64,000 nt of DNA from Nitrospirales bacterium (GCA_963422365.1 OY729426.1:1760001-1824000); one strand, 5' to 3'; numbered from the stretch's first letter, positions 51,286-62,596 are shown. The notes: a model not told the origin generated them from the letters alone. Made by a program: numbers and translations.

Positions 51286-52288
51286 CCCATTGCCTATCAT
51301 GGTCAAAGTCGTTCTTCTTCTGCCGCGTGTTCTCCTTTCGTTGATGGTGTTGGGACTCTTCTGTCTCCCGGGCTTTGCCGGTCAGGCCGAAGCCGGAGGG
51401 AGCGTGGTGCCGACCGTTCAGAATAGTGGAACCAAGTCCACACTCCTCGATGCCTTTTTCGTGAGTACGCACAACGGCTGGGCAGTCGGCGCAGGCGGGA
51501 CGGTCCTAAAAACAAAAGATGCAGGGGACACGTGGCAGACAGTGACTCGTCGCACGGCGGCCCTGTTGACCAGCATCTACTTTACGGATGCCCAACACGG
51601 TTGGATCGTCGGACAAAATGGGACCATTCTGCATACGAACGATCATGGGAAAAAATGGCGACGCCAGATTGCCGGAGCGGGGGCCGCACTCTATGACGTA
51701 TATTTTCTGGACCCCTCGCAAGGATGGATTGTCGGAGATCGGGGAACCATCTTGCATACCGCTGACGGCGGAATGACTTGGGCGGATCAAAGCAGTTCAA
51801 CGTCGGTTGATTTATTTGGGGTGCAATTTATTGATGCGCACAACGGCTGGGCGGTTGGCGCGATTGGTACGATTCTCGTTACGCAAGACGGAGGGCAAAA
51901 CTGGATTCGGCAGCCTACCGACAGCGCTACAACGTTTTTCGATTTGTACTTTACTGATGCCCAAGGCGGTTGGGTTGTCGGATCCCAGGGTGCGATTTTT
52001 CAGACGATTACCGGGGGGCGGAAATGGGTTGACCGGACCCTTCTGTGCGGGTCTCCGTGTATCAGGCCGCCGGATTTTTTAAAAGTCCAGTTTACGGGGT
52101 TTCGTGCAGGTTGGATTATTGGAGAGCGCGGTGCGTTTCTCCAAACCACTGATGCCGGATTCACGTGGCGCGAGCTGGAACTCCCTGAACCGTTTAGCTT
52201 CTATGGGTTATCCTTCCCCAATCCCACTGTTGGGTGGGCCGTGGGGGAGGGCGGTACCATCCTGAAGATTGCCCCCCACTCGTCTTAA
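51263..52288 (+). CDS. Ycf48-like beta-propeller (BNR repeat) protein; start uncertain
   Basis: Seven F.D...GW.VG..G.IL.T.DGG..W repeats. Confidence 0.85.
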   Translation: MITRKTTNPLPIMVKVVLLLPRVLLSLMVLGLFCLPGFAGQAEAGGSVVPTVQNSGTKSTLLDAFFVSTHNGWAVGAGGTVLKTKDAGDTWQTVTRRTAALLTSIYFTDAQHGWIVGQNGTILHTNDHGKKWRRQIAGAGAALYDVYFLDPSQGWIVGDRGTILHTADGGMTWADQSSSTSVDLFGVQFIDAHNGWAVGAIGTILVTQDGGQNWIRQPTDSATTFFDLYFTDAQGGWVVGSQGAIFQTITGGRKWVDRTLLCGSPCIRPPDFLKVQFTGFRAGWIIGERGAFLQTTDAGFTWRELELPEPFSFYGLSFPNPTVGWAVGEGGTILKIAPHSS

Positions 52289-52303
52289 TTGTTCCCGACT
52301 CGG

Positions 52304-53018
52304 TTATCCCAAATTCCCTAAACGATGTTGCAGGATGCTCAGCGCTGCCAGGTTCGCGGTTTCGCTCCGAAGCATGCTCTCGCCTAGTGAGATGGTTTGA
52401 AATCGTTGGTCGAGGAGTTCCTGCATTTCCATTTCCTCTGGCGTCCATCCCCCCTCATGGCCGACGGCCAGCACAATGGTGCCTCGGAACGTGTGATCGA
52501 TGGAAACGGACCCGAGGCTTTGTTTGCCCCCGCTTCGAATAACGCACCTGAAGCGCCTCGTGGGGAACATGCCGAACCAATTCGGGCAAGTTCATGGGTG
52601 TGGTGACTCGAGGGAAAGTCCATTGCTCAGATTGCTGGGCTGCGTTGACCATGATCCGTTTCCACCGCTGCTGTACCGTTCTAGTCCGATTGGCCGGTAG
52701 GTGTACGGTCACCCTTGAGGTAAGTAAAGGACTCATGGCGGTAACTCCAAGTGGTCCCTTTCAGGATGGCCTGTGCCAATACAATTGAGGCCGGTGGAGT
52801 TGGGGGGTACCCGCTATTGTTTCAAGGATGGAGGCCTGAAGCGATTTCGAATCGAGGTGGGTGACCTGGAGCATGATCTCGAACCCTGTGCTCGTCTCCG
52901 ACCCAATTTTCTCACCTTCGCGGATGCGGAGGCTTTTTGAAAGGTGAAAGAGAAGTGGATTGTCAATTGTGACGGTGTTGTTGAAAATCTTGTTTGACTG
53001 AATGAAAAAGACCGGCAT
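52304..53018 (-). pseudogene. rsmE: 16S rRNA m3U1498 methyltransferase, multiply frameshifted
   Basis: HLSKSLRI, RWKRIMVNAAQQSEQ and VGHEGGWT..ISLGESMLRSETA in different frames; downstream of dnaJ. Confidence 0.9.
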
Positions 53019-53070
53019 GTGAGGGAAGGAGTGGAAAGGGTAGGGGAAGCAAAAGCGAAAGACGATCGAG

Positions 53071-54198
53071 TTAATCGAACAGATTTTTCACCTTACCAAA
53101 TAGTCCATCCCCAGGACCATCTGACGAGGTTCCACATTCTTCGACAAAGGCGGCCAGCAGTTCCCGTTGTTTTGCCGACAATTGAGTGGGAATGGTGATT
53201 TTGATCCGAACGAGCTGATCCCCAGTGGTACGACCTTTGAAGGCAGGCGCTCCCAGTCCTTTGAGTCGAAGAACGTGATCGTGTTGGGTGCCTTCTGGAA
53301 TCTTGATGCTGGTTTTTCCTTTGAGGGTCGGCACATTGACTTTGCCGCCCAGGGTTGCCGTAATCATATCAAGAGGCAACTCAAGGACAATGTCGTTTCC
53401 TTTTCGGGTAAAGACTGAATGAGATTTGACTGTGACCGCAACGTAGAGATCCCCTGGAGGGCCGCCATTCATACCGTGTTCACCTTCATGGGCCAAGCGA
53501 AACCGCATGCCGGTCTCGATTCCTTTGGGAATGGTCATCGATAAGGTTCGTTCCCGATACACACGTTTTTGGCCGCGGCAAGTAGGGCATGGTTCCGCAA
53601 TGATTTGTCCGGTTCCCTGACATTGCCCGCAGGTCCGGTTGATGGTGAAAAATCCTTGCTGCAGTCGGATTTGTCCGGTGCCTTGGCACCCGGGACATTG
53701 TTGGACGGCGTCGGCCGATTTGGCTCCTGTTCCTTTGCAGGAATCACAGCCTTCCCATCTTGGGATTTTGAGCTTGGCTTCCTTTCCCTCAATGGCTTCT
53801 TCAAAGGAAAGTTCTAAATTATATTGAAGGTCATTACCCTGTTCGGGACGAATTCGTCCTCCTCTTCCCCCTCCAAAGAAATCTTCAAAAACATCACCGA
53901 AAATGTCACCGAATCCTCGACCAAAATCAAAACCCTCGGCTCCTCCGAACCCTTGCGGCCCTGCCGAATGCCCGAACGTATCGTACCGCTTCCGCAATTC
54001 AGGATTGCTCAGGACTTCATACGCTTCATTGGCTTCTTTGAACTTTTCTTCGGCTTTTTTCTTGTGTTGTGGGTCACTCTGCAGGTCGGGGTGGTGTTGA
54101 CGGGCGAGCTGTCGAAAGGCCTTCTTGATCTCGTCATCAGAGGCATCTCGATCGACTCCAAGAACTTCGTAATAATCTCGTTTGGTCACGCTCGCCAT
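53071..54198 (-). CDS. dnaJ: Chaperone DnaJ
   Basis: HPD J-domain, four CxxCxGxG-type motifs. Confidence 0.98.
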   Translation of the reverse strand: MASVTKRDYYEVLGVDRDASDDEIKKAFRQLARQHHPDLQSDPQHKKKAEEKFKEANEAYEVLSNPELRKRYDTFGHSAGPQGFGGAEGFDFGRGFGDIFGDVFEDFFGGGRGGRIRPEQGNDLQYNLELSFEEAIEGKEAKLKIPRWEGCDSCKGTGAKSADAVQQCPGCQGTGQIRLQQGFFTINRTCGQCQGTGQIIAEPCPTCRGQKRVYRERTLSMTIPKGIETGMRFRLAHEGEHGMNGGPPGDLYVAVTVKSHSVFTRKGNDIVLELPLDMITATLGGKVNVPTLKGKTSIKIPEGTQHDHVLRLKGLGAPAFKGRTTGDQLVRIKITIPTQLSAKQRELLAAFVEECGTSSDGPGDGLFGKVKNLFD

Positions 54199-54275
54199 CT
54201 TTTCCGGTCTATGGGCAATCTCAGCATTTTCCCTTGTTGAGTCGCACGTTGCAGGAAAATGATCTGAGGATACAA

Positions 54276-56195
54276 TTATTTTTCTTTCTCAACCTTTTCA
54301 AATTCGGCATCGACCACTTTTTCATTTTCTTCTTTTGCGTCACTTGTCCCATCGTTAGAGCCTGTTCCGTCTCCGGAAGCGGCCTCAGCCGACGTCTTTT
54401 TGTACATTTCTTCCGCAAGCTTGTGTGAAGCGGTGGTGAGGGTTTGCATCGCGGCCTTCATGGCTTCGACGTCATCTCCTTCCATGGCCTGTTTCATGCC
54501 ATCAATTGCTTCTTGAATGTTGGTTTTGTCTTCCTCGGAAATTTTTTCTCCATGCTCTTGAAGATTCTTTTCCGTTCCATAGACCAATGAATCGGCTTGA
54601 TTTTTGATTTCGACGGCTTCGCGGCGTTTTTTGTCTTCTTCGGAGTGCGACTCGGCATCCTTCACCAATTGTTCGACTTCTTCTTTACTCAGGCCGCTGG
54701 ACGCCGTGATCTTAATCGACTGTTCTTTTTGTGTGGCCATGTCTTTGGCTGACACGTGGACGATCCCATTCGCGTCAATATCAAATGCGACTTCAATTTG
54801 CGGCATCCCTCTTGGGGCCGGGGGAATGCCGACCAAATCAAACTGGCCGAGCAGTTTATTGTCATTGGCCATTTCCCTTTCGCCCTGAAAGACGCGAATG
54901 GTGACGGCGGTTTGGCTGTCGGCGGCAGTGGAGAAAATTTGACTCTTTTTGGTCGGGATCGTTGTGTTGCGATCAATAAGACGCGTGAAAACGCCCCCTA
55001 ACGTTTCAATGCCCAAGGATAAAGGGGTGACGTCCAGAAGCAGTACATCTTTGACGTCGCCTTTGAGGACTCCGCCTTGGATGGCAGCTCCGATCGCCAC
55101 GACCTCATCAGGATTCACTCCCTTATGGGGTTCTCTGCCAAAAAACGCTTTCACCCGTTGACTGACTTTGGGCATCCGCGTCATCCCCCCGACGAGCACC
55201 ACTTCATTGATGTCACTGGCGGACATGCCGGAATCAGCCAAGGCCTTTTTGCAGGGTTCGATGGAGCGGGTGATTAAGTCGTCAACTAATTGTTCCAACT
55301 TGGATCGAGTGAGTTTGAGCACCAAATGCTTCGGCCCGCTGGCATCAGCGGTGATAAAGGGAAGATTGATTTCAGTCTCTTGTGCCGATGACAGTTCGAT
55401 TTTGGCTCGTTCCGCCGCTTCTTTCAGACGTTGAAGTGCCATGCGATCCTTTTTCAAATCAATCCCTTGGTCTTTTTTAAATTCGTCCACCAACCAATCG
55501 ATGACTCGAAGGTCAAAGTCATCGCCGCCTAAAAAGGTGTCGCCGTTGGTTGCCTTCACTTCGAACACCCCATCCCCGATTTCGAGAATCGAAATATCAA
55601 AGGTTCCACCACCAAGATCGTACACGGCGATTCGTTCTTCTTTCTTTTTCTCCAGACCATACGCCAATGAGGCCGCCGTGGGTTCATTGATAATGCGAAG
55701 CACGTTGAGCCCCGCAATTTGGCCGGCATCTTTGGTGGCCTGGCGCTGACTGTCGTCGAAGTACGCAGGGACGGTAATCACGGCCTCGGTCACTTTTTCT
55801 CCTAAATAATCTTCAGCCGTCTGTTTGATTTTTTGAAGAATCATCGCCGAAACTTCAGGGGGACTGTATTGTTTGCCTCGAATTTCCACGTGCGCATCCC
55901 CATTTGGGGCGTCAAGAATTTTATAGGGCAACCGCTGGGTCGCCGTTCGGGCTTCCTTGGATTTGAACTTTCTTCCCATCAAGCGTTTGACGGAAAAAAT
56001 GGTGTTTTCGGCGTTGGTAATGGCTTGACGCTTGGCAATTTGGCCGACCAAACGCTCATCCTTATCCGTCACCGCCACCACTGATGGTGTGGTGCGACCA
56101 CCCTCTGAGTTGGTAATCACTTCCGGGTCGCCACCACTCATGATCGCGATACACGAGTTTGTCGTTCCAAGGTCAATTCCAATAATCTTACTCAT
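54276..56195 (-). CDS. dnaK: Chaperone DnaK
   Basis: [30 protein letters not shown]. Confidence 0.99.
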   Translation of the reverse strand: MSKIIGIDLGTTNSCIAIMSGGDPEVITNSEGGRTTPSVVAVTDKDERLVGQIAKRQAITNAENTIFSVKRLMGRKFKSKEARTATQRLPYKILDAPNGDAHVEIRGKQYSPPEVSAMILQKIKQTAEDYLGEKVTEAVITVPAYFDDSQRQATKDAGQIAGLNVLRIINEPTAASLAYGLEKKKEERIAVYDLGGGTFDISILEIGDGVFEVKATNGDTFLGGDDFDLRVIDWLVDEFKKDQGIDLKKDRMALQRLKEAAERAKIELSSAQETEINLPFITADASGPKHLVLKLTRSKLEQLVDDLITRSIEPCKKALADSGMSASDINEVVLVGGMTRMPKVSQRVKAFFGREPHKGVNPDEVVAIGAAIQGGVLKGDVKDVLLLDVTPLSLGIETLGGVFTRLIDRNTTIPTKKSQIFSTAADSQTAVTIRVFQGEREMANDNKLLGQFDLVGIPPAPRGMPQIEVAFDIDANGIVHVSAKDMATQKEQSIKITASSGLSKEEVEQLVKDAESHSEEDKKRREAVEIKNQADSLVYGTEKNLQEHGEKISEEDKTNIQEAIDGMKQAMEGDDVEAMKAAMQTLTTASHKLAEEMYKKTSAEAASGDGTGSNDGTSDAKEENEKVVDAEFEKVEKEK

Positions 56196-56845
56196 GCTTC
56201 GACTCCTTCCTTCGATTGCTGTGCTTCTCCATCGCTTGGTTCCGTTTGGGCCTTGGCAACGGTCACCATCGCCGGCCGTAATATCCGATCATGGAGAAAA
56301 TAACCTTTCTGATATTCATCGACAATGACGTTTTCAGGGACAGCGAACGATTCGACCTGCCCCACGGCTTGATGTTTGGCCGGATCAAAACCTTCTCCTA
56401 CACTCGTGACTTGTTTTATGCCCATTTTTTGAAGGGTGTCGAGGAACTGTTTATACGTGAGGTCAACCCCTTCCAGCAGCCCCTCGATCAGGGCTTGCTC
56501 GTGTCCGGCTTGAAGGGCTCGTTCCAAGTTATCCAATGTAGGCAATAAGTCCTTGAGCAACCTCTCGTTCGCAAACCGGATCGTGTCACTTTGATCGCGT
56601 TGAACCCGCCGCTTGTAGTTGTCGAACTCCGCGGCTAGGCGCAAATATTTGTCATTGAGGGTGCGCAGTTCCTCGTCTTTTACGAGAAGCTGGTTATTTA
56701 ACTCTGTAACTTCTTCATTTCTTTGAGAATTTTCAGGAGATTTTTCTCCGGGGTCAGTGGAAGCGGTTTCGGGGTGATCAGCAAGTGGCACAAGCACCGT
56801 GTCCTCACCCTGTTCTTCTTCTGGCAGTGGATGATTTTGTTTCAT
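56192..56845 (-). CDS. grpE: Nucleotide exchange factor GrpE
   Basis: [34 protein letters not shown]. Confidence 0.97.
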   Translation of the reverse strand: MKQNHPLPEEEQGEDTVLVPLADHPETASTDPGEKSPENSQRNEEVTELNNQLLVKDEELRTLNDKYLRLAAEFDNYKRRVQRDQSDTIRFANERLLKDLLPTLDNLERALQAGHEQALIEGLLEGVDLTYKQFLDTLQKMGIKQVTSVGEGFDPAKHQAVGQVESFAVPENVIVDEYQKGYFLHDRILRPAMVTVAKAQTEPSDGEAQQSKEGVEA

Positions 56846-56962
56846 GGCGTGTCTATAGTATCTTGTTCAGATAGTCATCAAGACAGGTGAAGTCAACCCG
56901 AAAAATAAAAAACCGATGGAAAAACTCGAAAGGAAGGCAAGGTTCCGGTAAGGTCGGAACCC

Positions 56963-57748
56963 CTATCCGAACGGGGCTTCTTGCCCGTTTTTACGGCGAA
57001 AGAGTAATTCCAGACCCTCTAGCGTTAACGACGGCCGAATTTCTTGAATAGTTCGAGAAATCGGCGCAAGAATGGGGGCAAGGCCACCCGTTGCGATGAC
57101 CTTTGTCGAATGGCCGATTTCTTGTTCGATTCGGGTTACCAACTCATCAACTAAACCTGCATACCCGAAAAGCAAGCCGGATTGGATGCTGCTTGCCGTA
57201 TCGGTTCCGATCACACTTTTCGGACGGGTCAGTTCCACATTGGGTAATGTGGCGGTATGGGTGTGAAGAGCCTCGGCTGCGCTTTTTACCCCCGGGGCAA
57301 TCGCTCCACCTAAATATCTTCCGTCTCTGGTAACGGTGCAAAACGTCGTAGCGGTTCCAAAATCCACGATGATGAGATTCGTCCGATAGCGTTCGAACGC
57401 TGCCGCCGCATTGACCAAGCGGTCGATCCCGATTTCTTGAGGGTTGACATATTCGAGGGTCAACCCAAAGGGAAAGTCAGAGGAGACGACGAGCGGGGAG
57501 TGATGCAAAAAGGTTTCGACCATGGATGCAAGAGTCGTGGTCAGAGGGGGGACGACACTGGAAATAATAGTCCCTTGGATCTCCGGGGGCGAAATCCCGG
57601 ATTCCCGTATGAGGGAGGCAAACACAATGCCATATTCATCGGTCGTTTTCGTATGGTCTGTGGCGAGGCGCCAGGAGTTTTGCAGGGTTTGCTGAGCGAA
57701 CACACCGAAGACGATTTGGGTATTACCAATGTCAATGCTCAGAAGCAT
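56963..57748 (-). CDS. coaX: Type III pantothenate kinase
   Basis: IDIGNT, GIDR, VDFGTATT, GGAIAPG, ATGG. Confidence 0.95.
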   Translation of the reverse strand: MLLSIDIGNTQIVFGVFAQQTLQNSWRLATDHTKTTDEYGIVFASLIRESGISPPEIQGTIISSVVPPLTTTLASMVETFLHHSPLVVSSDFPFGLTLEYVNPQEIGIDRLVNAAAAFERYRTNLIIVDFGTATTFCTVTRDGRYLGGAIAPGVKSAAEALHTHTATLPNVELTRPKSVIGTDTASSIQSGLLFGYAGLVDELVTRIEQEIGHSTKVIATGGLAPILAPISRTIQEIRPSLTLEGLELLFRRKNGQEAPFG

Positions 57749-57815
57749 GAGAACTCCCTACGTGGTTGGGCTTGCAGGAGTCGGTCATCATGGGTCAACC
57801 GAGACTCCTTGTGCG

Positions 57816-58640
57816 TTATCGGAGATGTTGCACGTCCCCGCATCGAATTTCCAGGGTGTGGGGCTGTCCCTTTCGTACGGTGGATACCAATAACGCCCCG
57901 TCTTTTCCGATATCAGTGGCTGTTCCGTGAATGGGTTGTCCTGCAAGAGAAGACCCCTGCACTTCTCGTCCGAGCGTCGCGCAAGATGCAGTGTACGATT
58001 TTCGAATGTGTTCGAATTGGCCTGATTCCACTCGATCATACCAATTTTCCAAATGGTTGAACATAGCGGCGATAATAACATTTCGATCATAGCATTCTCG
58101 GGTGGCTTGATGACACGAGGTTGCGAGAGAGCGAAGCTCTTCAGGGAAATCCGTCTCCCGCCAATTGACATTCATCCCAAATCCCACGATGCATGTTGAG
58201 CATTGAGGCCCTTGACTCGAGCTTTCACATAAAATGCCCCCAATCTTTTTTTCAGCATACAGCAGATCATTGGGCCATTTCAGCAAAATCTCAATGCCGT
58301 AGGAATGTTGGGTTGCTTCGGAAAGGGCCAGTCCCGTGACAAGCGGTATCCAGGAAATGTGACGTGAAATTTTTGGGTTTTTAAGTATCAACGAGCAATA
58401 GATATTGAGGCGAGGCGGCGAGACCCAATGCCGTCCTAATCGACCTTTCCCTGCTGTTTGCGCCTCAGCGAGAATCGCCGTTCCATGGGCTGCCCCAGCG
58501 TCGGCCAGCGTGAGGGCCGTGACATTGGTTGAAGCGAGTTCTTCAAACAGATGAAGCGGGCGACCTAGGTTTCGCGTCGTTAACCGTTGCTGAATGTGTT
58601 CGGTCTTCAGGGATTGAATGGGAGTCGACCTGTTCGCGTG
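57816..58640 (-). CDS. birA: Biotin-[acetyl-CoA-carboxylase] ligase (no canonical start codon)
   Basis: Frame open up to the nadC stop: STN, AEAQTAGKGRLGRHWVSP, KWPNDL, KIGGIL. Confidence 0.85.
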   Translation of the reverse strand, partial: HANRSTPIQSLKTEHIQQRLTTRNLGRPLHLFEELASTNVTALTLADAGAAHGTAILAEAQTAGKGRLGRHWVSPPRLNIYCSLILKNPKISRHISWIPLVTGLALSEATQHSYGIEILLKWPNDLLYAEKKIGGILCESSSQGPQCSTCIVGFGMNVNWRETDFPEELRSLATSCHQATRECYDRNVIIAAMFNHLENWYDRVESGQFEHIRKSYTASCATLGREVQGSSLAGQPIHGTATDIGKDGALLVSTVRKGQPHTLEIRCGDVQHLR

Positions 58641-58643
58641 AGG

Positions 58644-59516
58644 CTATTGAGAGAACAAAGGACTCATCTCCAGACTGATGTCGACCGCAGGGGCGGAATG
58701 GGTGAGGGCCCCGATTGAAATATAATCGACACCTGTGGAGGCATACTCACGCACGTTCTGGATCGTAATGCCTCCCGAGACCTCGGTTTGTACCCGTCCT
58801 TTGATGAGGCTCAGGGCGTCCCGGACGAGGGTTGGGGACATGTTGTCCAAGAGAAGCACATCAGCTCCACCGTCTAGGGCCTGAGTAATTTGCTCAAGCG
58901 TCTCAATTTCCACGCAGACTTGGAAGTGATGGGAGATGCGTTTTTTGGCTTTTCGGCAAGCCTCCCGAAGGGTGGTGCCCTGGGCTTCCAACAGCACCAA
59001 GTGATTATCTTTGATGAGGATGCCATCGCTCAGCGACATGCGATGGTTGGTCCCACCGCCGAGCGAGACAGCCCATTTTTCAAGCCGTCGAAGGCCGGGG
59101 ATCGTTTTTCTGGTATCGCCAAGAGTCGTAGGGTAGCGTCGGATGGCGGCGCAAAATTGAGAGGTCAAGGTGGCAATGCCGGAAAGATGCTGTAAAAAAT
59201 TTAGAGCCACTCGTTCCCCTGTCAAAATAGAATTGGCCGGTCCTTGAAGAGTTGCGAATGCCTGTCCTGCTTCAAGGGTTGCTCCCTCCTCGAATTGTGC
59301 GGTCACCGCAACGGCAGCATCCAAGGTCTGATACACGGCATGGAGCACCGCAACGCCGGCAAGGGTCAGATCTTGCTTGGCCACCACGTTGGCTTGGGCA
59401 TGAAGGGTCGGATCAAGAAGTGCATGCGTGGTGATATCTCCATGGGGCGCATCTTCTTTTAAGGCCGCTTTGACCAGCGATTCGAGTTCAAACGGAGGAA
59501 GAGGGGTGAAAGACAT
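58644..59516 (-). CDS. nadC: Quinolinate phosphoribosyltransferase
   Basis: ERVALNFLQHLSGIAT, DTRKT, HRMSL, IKDNH, LLDNM. Confidence 0.97.
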   Translation of the reverse strand: MSFTPLPPFELESLVKAALKEDAPHGDITTHALLDPTLHAQANVVAKQDLTLAGVAVLHAVYQTLDAAVAVTAQFEEGATLEAGQAFATLQGPANSILTGERVALNFLQHLSGIATLTSQFCAAIRRYPTTLGDTRKTIPGLRRLEKWAVSLGGGTNHRMSLSDGILIKDNHLVLLEAQGTTLREACRKAKKRISHHFQVCVEIETLEQITQALDGGADVLLLDNMSPTLVRDALSLIKGRVQTEVSGGITIQNVREYASTGVDYISIGALTHSAPAVDISLEMSPLFSQ

Positions 59517-59522
59517 AGGACT

Positions 59523-62267
59523 TCAGAACGCCATTTTTTGGAGTTGTTGTTCGCTGCTGGAAAAAAGCGAAAGTTCAGCGGTCAGGATGTCTAGACGCTC
59601 CTTAGATTCTTGAATGACATCGGGCGCGGCTTTGGCCGCAAAGTTCGGGGACGCCAGACGTCCGTGGAGGCGGGCGGCCTCTTTTTGTTTGGTTTGAGTG
59701 TGTTTTTTGATGCGTGCTAACGCTTTATTGAGGTCGACCTCGCCCTCAAGTGTCATGCCGATCATCAAACTTCCCACCGCGAGATGCAGGATACGATCGG
59801 TCGGCCAGTCATTCTGATCGGCAATAGAGACCGTTCCTCGGCAGAGGTGCGCGATGTGGTGTCGTGATTCGTTCAACTGTGCGATGGCGTCAGGATCTTT
59901 GGCCGTGCCCCAGATCGTCAAAGATTTTGATGGTGCGTAATCTAGGAGGGCACGCCCGGTTCGAACGGTGGTGACGATTTGTTCTATGATGGTGAAGGTC
60001 TGTTCCGCTTTGGCGTTTTCCCATTCTTGGGTTGCTACAGGAAAAGGCTGACGGACAAGGCTTTCGCCTTGGTGCGGGATTGTCTGCCAGATTTCTTCGG
60101 TCAAAAACGGCATAAAGGGATGGAGCAGGCGTTGGAGGTGTTCGAATGTTTGCAGCAGCGTCGCGCGCGTTGATCGGGCAGCGGGCGAATCCCCGTTTTG
60201 CAGCACGGGTTTAATGAGTTCCAGATACCAGTCACAGTATTCGTGCCAAATATACTGATAAAGCTGACCGGCGGCTTGATCGAACCGGTATTCTTCGAGA
60301 CGGCCAGTCACGGCGTTGGTGACATGATTGAGGCGACTCAATACCCATTGATCCACGAATGGTCTGTCGGAAACCGGGCAGATTTCGGATGGCCCATCGG
60401 CATTCATCAAGATAAAACGGGCTGCATTCCAAATTTTGTTGGCAAAGTTTCGATAGCCTTCGATCTGGTCTTCAGAGAGTTTAATGTCCCTGCCCGGCGA
60501 AGCCATCGAGGCTAATGTAAAGCGCAGCGCATCGGTCCCGTATTGCGACATCTTGGTCAAGGGGTCGATGACGTTGCCTTTGGATTTACTCATTTTTTTG
60601 CCTTCGGCGTCCCGCACCAGTGCGTGGATATAGACGTCACGGAATGGGGGCTTGCCGGTAAACTTGAGGCCTATCATGATCATGCGTGCCACCCAAAAGA
60701 ACAAAATATCCAACCCCGTGACTAACGTCGAAGTCGGGTAATACGTTTCAAGATCTTTGGTGTTTGCAGGCCATCCTAATGTGGAAAAGGGCCAAAGGGC
60801 GGATGAAAACCATGTATCGAGCACATCAGGGTCTTGAATGAACTGACCCTGCCGACAGGTTGCGCAGGTCGTCGGAGCGGTCTTGGAGACAATGGGGGAG
60901 GCGTGGGAGGGAATGAGGCGACTGCCTCGACCTTCGAGAATCTTATGGGCTTCAGGGTAACACGTGGTGCAGTACCAAGCCGGAATGCGATGGCCCCACC
61001 AGATTTGTCGGGAAATACACCAGTCTTTGATCCCTCGCATCCAGCCTAAATAATTGTTCGACCATTCTTCTGGAATAATGCGAATGTGCCCCTGTTCTAC
61101 CGCTGCAATCGCAGGGTCAGCCAACGGTTGAATTTTGATGAACCATTGAGGTGAGAGGAACGGCTCGACAACGGTCTTGCAGCGATAGCATTTCCCCAAG
61201 ACCATTTGGTGATCCTCGACCTTGGTCAGGAATCCTTGGTGTTTCAGTGCTTCAACAATAATGGGGCGGGCCTTGGTGACGGGGAGGTTGGCAATGCTGT
61301 CCAGAACGCCTGGCTCAACCCCTGCGTCTCGAATCGTATCAGGATTCACGAGGGCCTGATGGGTCAGAAGGGCAATGCGAGGGAGTTGGTGCCGTTCGCC
61401 TGCTTCAAAATCATTGAAGTCATGAGCCGGGGTGATTTTGACGGCACCGGTTCCGAATTCTCGATCCACCAGAATCGAATCGCCCACAATTGGAATGGCT
61501 CGGTTGGTGAGCGGAAGCTTAATAAATTTTCCTATATGCTGATTGTAGCGAGGGTCTTCGGGATGAACGGCAACCGCCGTATCGCCGAGTAAGGTTTCCG
61601 GTCTCGTGGTGGCGATGATGAGGGAAGTGCAGGGATCATCAGTCAACGGATAGGAAATGTGGTACATGGTGCCGCGAATTGGCTCATGCTCGACTTCAAT
61701 GTCGGAAAGGGCAGTGAGACAGCGAGGGCACCAATTGATTAATCGGTCCCCTCGATAAATGAGGCCTTCTTGATGCAAACGAACAAAGGCTTCTCGAACG
61801 GCTTCGGACAATCCCTTATCCATGGTAAAGCGCAGACGAGACCAATCACAGGAAGCCCCGAGTCGTTTCAGTTGTTCGAGAATCGTATTGCCGGCTTGCT
61901 GTTTCCATGACCAGACCCGTTCAATGAACGCGTCTCGCCCGAGTTGTGCTGGGGGGATGCCTTCTTCCAGGAGCTGACGCTCAATCACATTTTGAGTAGC
62001 GATGCCGGCATGGTCGGTTCCCGGAAGCCAGAGGGTATTACGTCCTTGCATGCGGCGCCAGCGAATCAGAATGTCTTGAAGCGTATTGTTTAACGCGTGG
62101 CCAATATGGAGAGAGCCCGTCACATTAGGGGGAGGGATGACAATCGTATAGGGTTGCCCCGTCGAGTCTGCAGCGGCGCCAAAGTAGCCCCGGTCGATCC
62201 AATATTGACCCCAACGAGCCTCAACGGCTTGAGGTTCGTAAGTTTTATTGAGTTGCAGGGAAGTCAT
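59523..62267 (-). CDS. valS: Valyl-tRNA synthetase
   Basis: PPPNVTGSLHIGH, DWCISRQIWWGH, KMSKS. Confidence 0.99.
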   Translation of the reverse strand: MTSLQLNKTYEPQAVEARWGQYWIDRGYFGAAADSTGQPYTIVIPPPNVTGSLHIGHALNNTLQDILIRWRRMQGRNTLWLPGTDHAGIATQNVIERQLLEEGIPPAQLGRDAFIERVWSWKQQAGNTILEQLKRLGASCDWSRLRFTMDKGLSEAVREAFVRLHQEGLIYRGDRLINWCPRCLTALSDIEVEHEPIRGTMYHISYPLTDDPCTSLIIATTRPETLLGDTAVAVHPEDPRYNQHIGKFIKLPLTNRAIPIVGDSILVDREFGTGAVKITPAHDFNDFEAGERHQLPRIALLTHQALVNPDTIRDAGVEPGVLDSIANLPVTKARPIIVEALKHQGFLTKVEDHQMVLGKCYRCKTVVEPFLSPQWFIKIQPLADPAIAAVEQGHIRIIPEEWSNNYLGWMRGIKDWCISRQIWWGHRIPAWYCTTCYPEAHKILEGRGSRLIPSHASPIVSKTAPTTCATCRQGQFIQDPDVLDTWFSSALWPFSTLGWPANTKDLETYYPTSTLVTGLDILFFWVARMIMIGLKFTGKPPFRDVYIHALVRDAEGKKMSKSKGNVIDPLTKMSQYGTDALRFTLASMASPGRDIKLSEDQIEGYRNFANKIWNAARFILMNADGPSEICPVSDRPFVDQWVLSRLNHVTNAVTGRLEEYRFDQAAGQLYQYIWHEYCDWYLELIKPVLQNGDSPAARSTRATLLQTFEHLQRLLHPFMPFLTEEIWQTIPHQGESLVRQPFPVATQEWENAKAEQTFTIIEQIVTTVRTGRALLDYAPSKSLTIWGTAKDPDAIAQLNESRHHIAHLCRGTVSIADQNDWPTDRILHLAVGSLMIGMTLEGEVDLNKALARIKKHTQTKQKEAARLHGRLASPNFAAKAAPDVIQESKERLDILTAELSLFSSSEQQLQKMAF

Positions 62268-62438
62268 AGGCAGGGAAATCACAAAATATGTTAATTTTAG
62301 CATGGGCACGAACCCCTCGCAAGCAAAGCCCAGCTTGTTTTTACGGGAATGAATATGATAAAGTCCACTCACGATTGTAACGGGGATTCTACGGCTTTAT
62401 TGACGATCACACCAAGGCAAGATCAAGAGGAAACACAG

Positions 62439-62549
62439 ATGCCAAGAGGACGAGAAAAAGACCGAGAACTTCGTCGTAAACACCGAAAAAATCAACAACG
62501 CTTGAAGGCCCTTGAGCAAGCGCAACGCAAAACCAGCACCAAAAAATAG
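62439..62549 (+). CDS. Small basic protein (36 aa)
   Basis: GAGG RBS; MPRGREKDRELRRKHRKNQQRLKALEQAQRKTSTKK. Confidence 0.55.
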   Translation: MPRGREKDRELRRKHRKNQQRLKALEQAQRKTSTKK

Positions 62550-62596
62550 CGGTGCCTGCCTGTCGGGCAGACAAGCATCTCATGATCCCTTCTGTT

